From positions 122,526,007 through 122,590,006 of the forward strand of contig NC_068985.1 of NCBI RefSeq assembly GCF_001194135.2: a stretch of DNA of 64,000 nucleotides, in the 5' to 3' direction. The stretch comes from Octopus bimaculoides (Eukaryota). Of this stretch, positions 27,161-40,127 are shown in pieces; position 1 is the stretch's first letter, and each line of letters starts with the position of its first letter. The notes beneath the pieces were generated by a model. The model ran no database searches and was not told where the DNA came from. It saw only the letters and a list, made by a program, of their open reading frames with translations. A program made the translations under genes and the position numbers.

Positions 27161-27355
27161 GATGCATTTATGTGCCACCAGCATGGGTGCCAGTTTGCAT
27201 GACACCGGGATGCATTTATGTGCCACCAGCATGGGTGCCAGTTTGCATGACNNNNNNNNNNCGGGATGCATTTATGTGCCACCAGCATGGGTGCCAGTTT
27301 GCATGACACCGGGATGCATTTATGTGCCACCAGCATGGGTGCCAGTTTGCATGAC
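27161..27355. repeat. 48-bp minisatellite inside a family C SINE (about 4 units, with a 10-N gap)
   Basis: Unit GATGCATTTATGTGCCACCAGCATGGGTGCCAGTTTGCATGACACCGG; the visible copies are essentially identical. Confidence 0.92.
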
Positions 27356-28699
27356 AGCCTTATCTATCATGATTACGATTTTGTGAGTGTTGTATGTGTA
27401 ATGGAGTGGTGTCAAACTGGTGAGTAGTCACTGTTTGATTTGGTGGTGAGAGGCAAGGTGACAAGTGTGTGAGTGCATAGATCTTGCTGTTTGTACATAT
27501 GTGTTTGTGTGTGAGTGCCTTGGTGTTGTGGTGCATGTATGTATGTGCTTTTGTGAGTGGGCCAAAGTGTGTGTGTGAGGGCATGTGTGGGGGCATGTGT
27601 GTGTGTGAGTGTGTGAAGATGTGTGTATTGGTGTGTGTGTGTGTGTGTGTGTGTGTAAATACATATGAGTGTGTGTGAAGGTATGTATATGGGTGTGTTT
27701 GGGTATATGGGAGGATGTGTGTGTCCCCGCACGCGCACGCATGTGTGTGTGTTTGTATGCATTTCTATGATCTTTACTTTATGGGCACTTTTCCAGGCTT
27801 TCGTGGCTCAGGTAGAATACGTTGAAGTAGATTTTCTCTGTAAAGGTATTTGTGTAAGAAACTATTGTTTGACTGCTTAAAGAGTGATTATTTAAATGAT
27901 TATAAATAATTAGGTCCAGTGCCTGTTCAGGCAGTCAGACCATAGCACAATCATAGATATATATACATACATTTACATATACACAGATATGCATATATGT
28001 ACACACACATTCATACATACATGCAGAAACATAAACACATGCAGAAACATAAACACATATTTTTTAAAAATAGAATCCAAAGGCTTATTATGCACATACA
28101 TAATCACCTCTATACTTGGCCCACCCTCAACATCCTGTGAACTTTTAAGAGTCACCATTGTGCCTCTGCTGTATACAAGTTTTCTCCATCTGCTACGGTT
28201 GTGAGAATTGTAGTCTCCACTAATGACTTGTTTCTCCATTCCAGGATGTTGTCTTTCCATCTCTTCTTCTATTCACATCTCCTTTTTCATTCCTTCATTG
28301 TTCTTTGAAAAATGGTTTTTGCAGTGCCACTGGATCTTGTTACTGACAGCTGTACCATTCTTAGCTTTCTTTCCTTCACTATCATGAGAATTTCTCCATG
28401 ATGGGTAGTTCCATTGTGATGCAGGATAGTGTTACAACGCAACTCAGCTCATTTGTGATGTGGTCCAAATGGGAAATGCTTAACATGATGTGGTAGCATC
28501 TCATTTTCAACCCACACAACATGTGGGTTGGAAATGAGATTACCACAACCCACACACTGTGTGTGTAGAAATGAGTGTATAGAAATAAGTGTGCCTTGAA
28601 GACAACTAGGGAATAATTGACTGAAGTGAGAAGCTGAAAGTTGATGGTAAGAGTTTCCAGAAATTTCTCCTTACAGAAATGACAAATGTTTTCACTTAC

Positions 28700-28774
28700 C
28701 TGTCTTAGTACCACTTCACCATCTTCAAAGGATTGTGAATGTAAAGCATCAGCAATGTTTAACTTTTCATAATT
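28700..28774 (-). CDS. PRKAR2: PKA-RII exon (75 nt, phase 0-0): NYEKLNIADALHSQSFEDGEVVLRQ
   Basis: Acceptor tttgttttcctcttag, donor GTAAGT. YE..N.ADAL...F.DGE motif at the start of CNB-B. Confidence 0.95.
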
Positions 28775-31700
28775 CTAAGAGGAAAACAAATAGACAGACA
28801 AACATCAGCATTAAAATACCATGATATGAACTTCACATGTCAAAAAGGTCGAAATGAATTTTTAGTTCAGTTAGAATTATCATATCTAATGTGGTGAGTA
28901 TTAAAAATCTGGTAGAATTCTGTTATAAGCATGCCATATGACACCTCATAACTTTTCTAACGTTCAGAATTTTCAGAAATTTTTTGCAAATTTGTATTCT
29001 ACACAGGAATTCCCACAACTATGAACAAAATAAATTTTTAATTTTTCGAAATATTTTTGCTTTAAATTTTTTAAAAAAGTTTTTGGAATTCTTTTTTTAA
29101 AAATCACTGTTTAAAATATGAACAGTCTGAATTTTTGGCTTAAATCCAAGCAGTAGACCATTAAATGTGTTTATGGGGAGAAATATATTGAAAAGCATCA
29201 ATATTCAGACTGACTAACAAATGTGGAGAGTATGAGGTAGTCATGAGATGTGATAAAAGTAACAGCTAAATAGCCCTTAAATCATGCACCAAAAATGTTC
29301 CTTTTGGTTTTGCATAATTGTATGCATTACTGTGTGTAGAACACAAATTCACAAAAATTTTGTGCAAGTTCCAAAAGTTATGAAGGGTTATATGGCATGT
29401 TTAAAGCAGAATTTTGCCAAAATCTAATCTAAAAGGATAAAATGCTAAGTTGATCGCGACAGGAATTGAACTCACAATGTAAAGAGTCACAACTAAATGC
29501 AACAATGATTTTGCCTATAAAGTGAAATCACTGATATTATTACTCAGATACCATCTACATGAAAAACAAAAGTAATGTCAGGGCAAATATACTTAGTGTT
29601 GTGATAATCAAAAATGTATGTGTTTTGTTCTTATTAATCCTCCTCAGCGAAGCATACATTAATACCCAGTGAGAAAATGATAGCATTATTTCCATGTTAA
29701 ATATTATGTCAATGGTGATGTTATATATGTATGCTTTGTTGAGGAGGACTAATAAGAGCAAAACATGTACATTTTTGACTATCACAACACTAAGTATATC
29801 AGCACTGGCATAGCTCTTGTTTTTCATGTAGATGGTGTCTGAGTAGTAATATCAATAATTTAATTTTATTGACAAACTTTTTAGGGCATCAAACATCAGA
29901 CAAAATGCCTTGTTGCATTTAGTTGTGATTCTTTACATTATGGGTTCAGTTCCTGTCATGGTCAACTTTGCTTTTTTGGGGTGGGGGAGGGTCAATAAAA
30001 TAAACTACCATTCAAATACTGGAGTCGATATAATCTACTTGTCCCTGCCTACCCAAAATTTCAGGTGTAGAGCTGATACTAGAAACAATTACAATCATTA
30101 TTAGATGATTATTAGATAATCAGGTAGAAGGTCTCACAGTATTTATCTTAGCTGTTTAGGTTCTGAGTTTAAATCTTACCAAAATCAATTCTATCCTTCA
30201 ATCTTCCAGCATCAAGAACTAAGACTGATTTAATTGATTAACCCCACCCCTACCAAATTTTCAGGCCTTAGCACCATTTTGTCTGGCTTTATGCTCCGAG
30301 TTCAAATGCCACCAAAATTAACTTTGTTTTCACCCTTTCAGAACCAATAAAATAAGTACCACTTATATATATATATTTTTAATGAAAGGAAAGAATGGTG
30401 GCTGGTTGGTTGGTTGGTAGAATTGTTAGAGCATTGCACAGATTCTTGGTGGTATCTATTCTGGCTCTTTGTGTTCTGAGTTCAAGCCTCATTGAGGCTG
30501 ATAAAATAAAGTACAAGTATTGATTCCTTGATCCCTGTCTGTCTCTCTCCCCACTGAGACAGACTCTGCAGAGCTGCACTACAAAAAGGATTTGGCAGAG
30601 TGGGGCAGTCACAGCATCTTTCTACAAGACAACTACTTCTAACATCACAGAAGAAGAATGTGACTGCCAAAATGATGAATGCAGACAAAATGCTATTCAT
30701 TCAGGAAAAGGAATCTAGTTGATCATATTGACGTCATTAACTGATGGGAGGATGAAAGGTAAAAATCAATCTGTTGAATTTGAACTCATATAGTCAAGAG
30801 CCATAATTGGTGTCTAGTAAATTCATCCTTGTCAATTCATTGCTTGTAATTACATCATGATAAATATATCCCTTATACTGTCATCACCTGGTAATTTTAT
30901 TGCAATGTAGTTAATTACATTGTAAATCAATATATATGATGATAGGAATGGCGTTCAGGAATGGTGACCAGCCTGTCCAACCAATAGAAAATCAGATGTA
31001 AAACGATAATGGATTACCATCATTGGTAAATTAATCATCATTACTGTATTTGTATATTTGTCAAGCTTTTTATTTGCCAAATAGATACATCACTAAATAT
31101 TAAAGATTTTATTTACACAGTAAATAAATCACATTTCATTAAAAATAAAAAGAAGGAAATTCAAAGTCAAAACAAATCAGTTATTTTTGAACATAGAATC
31201 ATCATCGTTGTTTTTACATCCACTGTGGTAGATTTTCTATACCCAGGTGCCCTTCCTATCCCCAACCCTCACCTGTTGCTAAGTAAGATAATATTTTCCC
31301 ATAGTTAAACATGTTTTCACAGAGGATTGGAAACGAAGGACATTGCTTGTATGACAGTGACACCCACATAGTCAGGGTGTGCACACACACATACACACTT
31401 ATAGGGCTAGCTTTTTTTTAGTTTCCATCGACCACATCCACTTACGAGACTTTGGTCAGCCTGGAGCTATATTAGAAGACCTATACTCAAGGTGTCACAC
31501 AGAGGGACTGAACCCAAAACCTTTTGATTAGGAAGCAACCTTCTTATCACACAACCACAAAAAAAAAAAAAAAAGAATACAATGTATAAAAGCAACATTT
31601 CTTTAAGTTGAAGAAAAGAAGAGACATTCTAAAAATACAAATTATTAACAATGTTTCTTAATCCAATATTTCATGATTTTGATATTCATTGATGATGCAT

Positions 31701-31936
31701 TGAATTCTCTCAGCACATCTTTATATTTCTTTTTTTTTTTATATCTTCACATTTCTGCAATGGCAACATGCTGTTTGATTTTAACCTCATTTCTCAATTG
31801 TTCCCTTTTTCAAGGTTTCTAAAAATTCTTCAGTGATAGGACAGAATTTTTTAATTTTTGAATTTCTTCATCATTGTTAATAAAATGCAGATAAAAATAG
31901 CTAAGCGATGTTTAGTGATGTATTTATTCTGTTGAT

Positions 31937-32170
31937 TTAACCCTTTAGCATTCAAAATGTTTATTCACATTGTTTTGAATTAATCATGCATTATCTCATA
32001 GCTATGAGATTTCAATGATGTGATTGTTTATCTTTAGAACGATATTGTAAGGTAGGTGTGAGAAGGCCAGATCTGGCTGATTTAAACATAAAACAGAATA
32101 TTTTGATAAGATGTGACCAACATGAACATAAAACAGATAGAATATTTTAGCAGGATATGACTGGTTTAAA
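31937..32170. mobile_element. Second copy of the TTAA MITE, right end degenerate
   Basis: Begins TTAACCCTTTAGCATTC and shares the internal sequence (TTAATCATGCATTATCTCATAGCTATGA...GTAAGGTAGGTGTGAGA) with 32369-32596. Confidence 0.75.
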
Positions 32171-32368
32171 CAGTAAATGACTAAACTAACCACAACTTAT
32201 AAAACAGGTAGCAAACACCAGGCAGGGACTCGGACAGGTATAGCCATAAAAAGCTAAATGGACAGATTGAGGGGACACACATTAATGCATTAACTTTTTA
32301 GCATTACAATTACTGTTATTTCTAAAATGTCACGATAATTATTCAATATTGAAATGTAGCAGGATGAT

Positions 32369-32596
32369 TTAACCCTTTAACATTCAGATTCCTCTGTCAA
32401 ATGTAATGCTTATTCATTCACATTGTTTTCAGTTAATCATGCATTATCTCATAGCTATGAAATTTCAATGATGTGATTGTTTATTTTTAGAATGATATTG
32501 TAAGGTAGGTGTGAGAGGCCAGATCTGGCTGGTTTAAAAATAAAACAGGTAGAATATTGTGTCCGGATATGGCTGGTTTAAAGGCTAAAGGGTTAA
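32369..32596. mobile_element. TTAA-flanked MITE of about 220 bp (piggyBac-type ends)
   Basis: TTAA|CCCTTTAAC...GCTAAAGGG|TTAA: TTAA on both sides and short TIRs. Related copies lie at 31937-32170 and 13152-13365. Confidence 0.8.
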
Positions 32597-33574
32597 AGTT
32601 TGACAGTGAGTTTGACAGAGCAATGAAGTCACCAATGATAGCATAGGGCAGCCACTTCATATACATGTGTTTGCTGTAATTGAAGAGACGTTATGTTTAA
32701 GATAGTAGGTAGCCTATTTAACTATTACTCAGAGTGGTTAAAACCAATGCTATACCACTGCTTTGACCATAGGTCTCCTTAATCACAGATGTCCAGCCAG
32801 TAAAAAACCCCCCAAAAAACAGCCTTTAGTGCTACCCCATACAATCTGTCAGGTTATGGTACTTATCTTTTTTTATCTCACAATTATTATAATTGGTAAG
32901 CAACTGTATTGTTGGTTATAGCTTTCTAGTGGACCAATCAATGGCGAGAATGACAAGGGATTGTCTGTGCCACACAATAGAAAATGAATTTGCAAGAGAT
33001 TTTGTTAAAAAGTACTGGTTGTTGGATTTTTCTTAATATATATTGCTGAAAAGATATACTTACATATTCTGGGGTTAAACAATAACAACAACAACAACAA
33101 CAAACATGTCAAAGCCAACAAGATTAACCTATAACAGTCACTTGAACTACTAGAAATAGGAGCTGTATTCCCTACCATCTAAAAATGTAAAAAACAAAAA
33201 CAAAATAAAAACAAAGCAAAATAAAAAGAAAATGGCTAAATTGGGCAATGTGGTTCATTCATTCTTTTAATACAAAAAAAAAAAAAAAGACAGAATGGTT
33301 ACACCTAGAATGCCTTTGATCATAAGTCTTGTTAGTCGGAGATGATGACCTGGGGCTGAACAATAATAATAGATACAACAAAGTTATATTAGAATTTGAA
33401 GAGTACATATTAAAATAGCGATGATGACGATTCAGTTAACATCTTTTCTCTATTGACATAGGCTAGATGGGTTTACTGAGGCAGTAGATCATCACTGTAT
33501 GCCCTTCCTGTCATTACTTCTTTAGTCACCTCTTACAACATGGAAAATCAACTGTAAAACAAGGTTACACTTAG

Positions 33575-34335
33575 TATGACTGTGACACATACAATATGAC
33601 TGTGACACATACAATATGACTGTGACACATACAATATGACTGTGATACATGCAAAATGATGGGAATACATATGGTATGGCTTAGCAATGGGGTTTGACCA
33701 GGAGACATATCATGTGACTGGGATATATACAATATATAATATATTATACAATATATCTGGGGTACACATGATATCATTGGGATAAGTATGCTATCACTGG
33801 ACTACACCCAGATACATGCAGTTTGACTGAGATACATATGATATGATTAAGGTATACAGTGGAACTAGGATACACAGAGTATTACTAGAGTACACACAAT
33901 ATTACTGGACGTTTATGATATGACTTGGATATACAATGATATGACTGAGATACATATGGTGTAATAAAGATATACAAAATGTGACTAGGATACATAAAGC
34001 TATGGCTAGGTTACACATTGTATGGCTGGGATACACAGAGTTTCACTAGGATACCCATGGTATGATTGGGACATGCTTGGTATCATAAGAATACATGCAG
34101 TGTGAACAGGGTACACATGATATAATTGGGATACATCAAGTATAACTGTGATACACACAGTATGACTGGAATATACAAGATGTGACCGGGATACATACAA
34201 CACAACTAGGATATATGTAGTAGGACAGGGATATGTGTGATATGACATGGGTACATATGTATAACAGATACATGTGATATGATAGGAATATATATGCACA
34301 ATATGACAGAAAGACCCATGATATAACTGGAATAC
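33575..34335. repeat. Degenerate 20-bp minisatellite of roughly 38 units
   Basis: Three perfect TATGACTGTGACACATACAA units at 33575-33634, then diverged units resembling TATGACTGGGATACACATGA up to about 34335. Confidence 0.85.
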
Positions 34336-34379
34336 TCATAGTGTATAAAGTTTTAAAAAATGACAAAGCCATTTCTTAC

Positions 34380-34481
34380 ATCAAGGCATGAGAACAAGGG
34401 AACACTCTCAATCAAGTCAGTGTACATTTTCCTTCGATTAAAAGCATCCTTTAATACAATTCTTCGAAAGGTAACTCTGTC
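34380..34481 (-). CDS. PRKAR2: PKA-RII exon (102 nt, phase 0-0): DRVTFRRIVLKDAFNRRKMYTDLIESVPLFSCLD
   Basis: Acceptor tttttttttccag, donor GTAAGA. DR.TFRRI...RKM....ESVPL B/C-helix motif. Confidence 0.96.
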
Positions 34482-35058
34482 CTGGAAAAAAAAAATGATA
34501 AATAATTAAGCACAAAATCAACAAATAACCACAAAAAGGTTAGGCAAAACTTAAATAGCTAAACTACAAATGAAACAGAAAGCATCTATATGGTTGTTTG
34601 ACCTGTTAGAAAAAGCACATTTCAAAGAGAGTGTATCTGTTGCTTACATGAAACTCAAACTGATGACAGAATTTCATGCTCATGTACAAAATTGCAGCTT
34701 GTAAACATTTAACCCCCATTTAGCTGAACATTTTCAAAGTCAGGAAATTATTTGCATATTTGATTTTGCAATCATTCACTGGCATTGTGAATTCACTTTA
34801 AGGTGGCCCAATTTTATGTTTAAAGTGATATATGCTCACTTAGAATTACAAATGCTGTTGTTAGTAATTGAATAAAAACTAGTAAAGAAGACAACATATT
34901 ATGGAAAGTTGTAAATTTTCCCTAATTAATAAATAGAATCTGAAACAAAAGAAGCTTTAATGAAATGTTAGTTAGCAGGATAACTAATTCATCCAAGAAC
35001 ACCCCTGGTCATATGAAACAAAAACCACTCTGTTCTAAAAAGTTTATGTTTAAGTAAA

Positions 35059-35400
35059 GGGGTGGCTGTGTGGTAAGAAGTTTGCTTCCCAACCACATGG
35101 TTCTGAGTTCTGGGTTCAGTCCCACTGTGTAGCACTTTTGGAAAATGTCTTCTACTATAGCCACAGGCTGACCAAAGCCTTGTGGATGGATTTGGTAGAT
35201 GGAAACTGAAAGAAACCTGTTATATATATATGTGTGTGTGTATTTGTCCCCACCACCACTTGATAACTAGTGTTGGTTTGTTTCCATCCTCGTAACTTAG
35301 TGATTCAGCAAAAGAATCCTAAGGTTGATTCATTTGACTAAAATTCTTCAAAGCAGTGCCCCAGCATGGCCACAGTCAATTGACTGAAGCAAATGAAAAT
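35059..35400 (+). mobile_element. Full-length SINE family A copy
   Basis: Colinear with the reverse complement of 44296-44690 across head, central part and tail. Confidence 0.85.
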
Positions 35401-35919
35401 CATAAAGTATAAACCTTCTATTGTAATTTTATGGAATTTACATGTGTTGAATTATGGCTTAAACAACACTAATTTAATGCTGAAAAAGTTGTCGTATTAA
35501 ATTCCTCCAAATTCTTGATTATGTTAAAAATTAATTGAAACAAGTAGACAATGTTATTCATTAAAAGTATTGGTAGGAAAAGGTTAAAATACTCAATGAC
35601 AGCAATCTCTCTATCTAGCTGGAGTCAATTAGCCAGTAATAATGTGGGGAAACACTAATATCACAGCATGGCTTCTGTTACATAATACATTTAAGGGTCC
35701 ATACAGGTTTAAGATTTGTACACAAGATAGACAGACAGATACATACATGCATAAAGAAAAGGGCCGTCTTAGCAGTATTGTTGCTCTGAGTAAAGAGATA
35801 CTCTGGAGGTCCTATATTTATTTACTGTCAACAAACTGCAACCTACATAGATTAACAATAAGCTCTAGACTGTGAAGCTTCCCCCAAGCAACTTCACAGT
35901 GCACTCAAGCCTTAAGATG

Positions 35920-35964
<45 letters not shown>

Positions 35965-36697
35965 GTGCTTATGCTTTTTTTTCTCCCGTATATTCAGAAG
36001 TAGAGGAACTTTAGGTTTTTTTTACTGGTTCAAAGGTATGATCTCTAAAGTAATAGATTCCCTATTCTTCCTGTCTTCTTTCCTTCCATCTATCTTCTCT
36101 GCCCACTGATCCTGGGAGGATTGTTGAGAGATAGTCCTCAGGTACTTCCTCCATAGAGTCTTATCAAAACCACCCTTCATTAGACTTTCTGGCTGGGCTC
36201 CCAAGCATGACCAACTGAGACTACGGATTTTATCCAACCATCTTGTTCTTGGACTATGCTTAGGTTTCCTGCCAGTTGGCTCAGCTTGAAGAATGTATCT
36301 TGCAATTCTTTAATTCCATTTGTAATTAGATAATATAGTATATACACACAGGTGCAGTGTGGCTGTGTGGTAAGAAGCTTGCTTCACAACCACATGGTTC
36401 TGGATTCAGTCTCACCATATGGCACCACAGGCAAATGTCTTCTACTATAGCCTCAGGCTGACCATAGCCCTGTGAGTGGATTTGGTAGATGGAAACTGAA
36501 AGAAACCTGTTGTGTATCATCGTTATTTAATGTCAGTTTTCCATGCAGGCATACGTTGGATAATTTGACAAGAGCCGACCAATTTGAAGACTACCCCAGG
36601 CTACTGTGTCTGTTTTGGCAGGGATTTTATGGCTGGATAATCTTCCTAACATCAACCACTCTACAGAGTGGACTGAGTGCTTTTTATGTTGTATGTG

Positions 36698-36704
<7 letters not shown>

Positions 36705-36760
<56 letters not shown>

Positions 36761-36770
36761 NNNNNNNNNN

Positions 36771-36832
<62 letters not shown>
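36705..36832. repeat. (GT)n microsatellite with a gap
   Basis: Read directly from the sequence. Confidence 0.95.
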
Positions 36833-36835
<3 letters not shown>

Positions 36836-37052
36836 AAAATAAATAAATAAATAAATAAATTGTTCAATATAATGACTGAAACAAGTAACAGATAACATAT
36901 ACATACGAAAATCAGTGATTCAAGGTTCATGTAAATATATTCCCTTCCTATTAGTACATGTAAAAAAATTATTAAATACAAATTGGTCCCAATACTTTAA
37001 AATGAATAAAAGGAAAAAAGCACCAGTGTAATAACAAATAAATTCAACTTAC

Positions 37053-37206
37053 TAAGGCCCATACAGAGCCTGGTGCAGAGCAGACCACTGTGGCTGCTCG
37101 TGGGACATTGTACATAAGAGCTAATTCTCCAAAAAAGCCTTGTCCATCATATTCTCCAACTTTTTTATGATGTCCATCTACTTCAACATAAACATCATAC
37201 TGTCCA
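37053..37206 (-). CDS. PRKAR2: PKA-RII exon (154 nt, phase 2-0) containing phosphate-binding cassette A, FGELALMYNVPRAATV
   Basis: Acceptor tttatttgcag, donor GTAAGT. The cassette has the conserved G-E and R, with Ala after R as in cAMP-preferring domains. Confidence 0.97.
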
Positions 37207-37278
37207 CTGCAAATAAATTTTATAAACAGTTAGTCGTTTTTTTTTAATAAAAGAAGTTTAAAAGAAAAATGTCCATTT

Positions 37279-37555
37279 AAAATGAAATGTCAGATGTGAT
37301 ACCTTGAAAGATGAATGGTTGAAATGTTCATCCTTGAAGGGCAAACACATTTATTTGTTCACCCTTCATGGGTGAATGTTTAAAAATGAGATGTCAGATT
37401 TGGTACCTTAAAGGGTGAATGGTTGAAATGTTCATGCTTGAAGAGTGAACATTTGTATCTGTTCACCCTTCAAAGGTAAATGGTTAAAAACAGGATGTCA
37501 GATTTGGTCCCTAAAAATGTGAACGGTTTAAGATGGGATATCAGATGTGGTACAT
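37279..37555. repeat. 104-bp tandem repeat, about 2.5 units
   Basis: The TGTCAGAT anchor occurs at 37288, 37392 and 37496 with colinear flanks. Confidence 0.85.
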
Positions 37556-39114
37556 AGAGGGAATGAATCTCGGTACTTATTTCTGTACTAAACTATTGGC
37601 TTGCTTTGTTTGTTTACTTTTCCACATTGGAAACACAAATATTTAGCATTGATGATTTGGTAGAGAAATTCCTGTTCCAGTGTGCAGCTTCAGTACAAAG
37701 TTGGTTCTAACCCACTTTAATTATTCTGGTTTATGTCCACAGGAAAGTTATAAACATCATAACTTTTTGTTTGACCCACCCCCACCCCCAGAAGATGTGA
37801 GCCAAAGTAATCACCAGAAGAGGAGAAATTCAGCATTTCAGATAGAATCTTTCTACAGCCAAGCAGATCTACATCAAAACAATCAAGTCCTTCCTTTCCT
37901 CTTCACAGCATACTCATTACATTATTTGCTGATGCAGACCATCATTATTTTCCTTAGATTCTGCTATTTTATTCTGCTGAGTCTATAACAAGTGATTTCT
38001 AACAATGCAGTGATTGCAGCTCCAAGTAATGTTCTGTGTTAATGTAGCAAATACATGTTCATCACTAGCTTTTGTTTTTATTTTCTAACAATTAGTTTGA
38101 TGGCTAGAGGCATTCCACTGGGTTTTTATTATGAATGTTCCAGTTTTTCCATCAATTGAATGGTCTACTCTTTGAATTAACATATGAGTATTTTGCACTC
38201 ACATAGATCATTAACATCAGTGTGATATAGTGTATTAATAGGGTGGTCCCTTAAATTACATGTACAATATATCTGAAGGCTTTCAGACAGTTTCCATCTC
38301 CCCAGTTTCATTCACAAGACTTGAGTTGACTCAAAACATTTGACAAGATGCCATGGAATGAGATTGAACCTGGTACCTCATGACTGCAAAGTGAACTTCT
38401 TAACATTTTGGCCTTGCCTCTAGCCATCAAACTAATAGTTAAAAAATAAAACAAAAGCTGGTGATGAACATGTAATTGCTACATTAACACAGAATATTAC
38501 TTTGAGTTGCAATCACTGCAGTGTTAAAAATCACTTGTTATAGACTCAGCAGAATCTATGTATAAAAAACCCCAGACAAACTGGATTAAGCATGCTGTGA
38601 AGAAGAAAGGACCTGAGTGTTTGGTTGAAGGCCTTCTACTTGGCTAGTGAAGGACTCTATCTGAAATGCTGAATTTCTCCTCTTCTGGGGATCACTGTGG
38701 TGCATGTCTTCTGGGGTTGGGCGGGGTGGGGTCAAATAAAAAGCTGTGATGTATAATACTAGACAATACTTTAATGATGAGTTTCTCATAAAACTGAAAC
38801 ATGTCCATAGATGTCACCACAACTAACAAACATCTGACTCCTTGTGGAATTCTTCATTTAGTTTTTAATTTAAATTTCTGAGTATCCTCCCTTGCTTTCT
38901 TTTACAGAAATTGTTAAATAACTTTTTTTATTACATGTGAAATTTCAATGAATTAAAAACTCTTTTTGACTAACATGAAGTGTGTGGGACTAGAATAAAC
39001 TATGCACAGTGTTGTTATAATTAAAAAAGAAACGCATGATCTCACACACACACACACACACACACTACTCAGATGTTTATTACAATGCAAGTAATGAGAG
39101 TACTTAATACAAAC

Positions 39115-39179
39115 CTGTCAATCACATAGAAGTTGTCCCCGTCATCGCCTTGATGAATCACTTTCTCTCCTTGTTCTAC
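39115..39179 (-). CDS. PRKAR2: PKA-RII exon (65 nt, phase 0-2): [21 protein letters not shown](S)
   Basis: Acceptor gttgttgtag, donor [17 protein letters not shown] is the RII CNB-A signature. Confidence 0.96.
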
Positions 39180-40127
39180 CTACAACAACAACAACACCAA
39201 TTATTAATTATGGAAATTATTTACTTACATTTAACTGAGTGAGAATATAGACATGAAATTAATTATGAAAGGCATTGCTTTATGTCAACTGAGTCCCCTT
39301 ATCATTGCTGGAGTTTCTGCTTGATTAGGGCCCATTTGCAACTAAGTAACATCAACCAATATAATATGTAGACTTTGGATGAAGCTAAACTCCATTTAAG
39401 TCTCATAGCAACACTTGAGGATTGCTGTTCTGTTATGGAGTTCACCAGTGTAGTGTTCTTGGATGTTGTTTGCTCTTTTATCCTTTGGATCTGAAGGAGC
39501 ATCAGATGGTTTTGTTCTGGTTTGAGCTTGTGAGAGCTCTGATTGTAAGCATGATATCATCATCGTCATTGTTTAATAGAAGACAATTGCTCAAGTGGCT
39601 TATGCAGTGGGAGAGAACCTGAAACCATGTGGTAGGGAAGCAAACTTCTTTCCACACAACCAGTCATACCTATGCCCTATGCCATGTTATTGATAAATAT
39701 TGGGTCTTTTGATTCATTTGTTGCAATACTTCAAACAATATAAACTGATTACACCAAAGCTTTCCTTTAATAATAAGATCTTCTAGTGTTAAAATTTTTT
39801 TATATCTGTTAAAATATATATAAAAAAATAATGTTAACCAATTCAATGTAACATGAGACAATGAGGTAGCTCAATACTGCTCAACCTGCTGGGAACAGCA
39901 GCCAACACCTCCCTCCATCCACAGTCTAATCCTAAAAGGGATTACACATTCAATAATGTAATCTTAGATGTATTACTTTGGAAAAGATAAAAAAAAAAAG
40001 AGTGGTTGTTCACAACTGGTACAACTCTGACAATAGACCTGTGCAATTAGTGAACTGAGATTAAACGATAAAATATTGAATCAATCAGAAACACATTTCT
40101 TAGACTATTGCAGTATAAGATAATTAC

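Noticed and set aside
33575-33655. Regularly spaced repeats as a possible CRISPR array
   Set aside because: The units are head-to-tail with no unique spacers, the context is eukaryotic and there are no cas genes. The same applies to 27161-27355.
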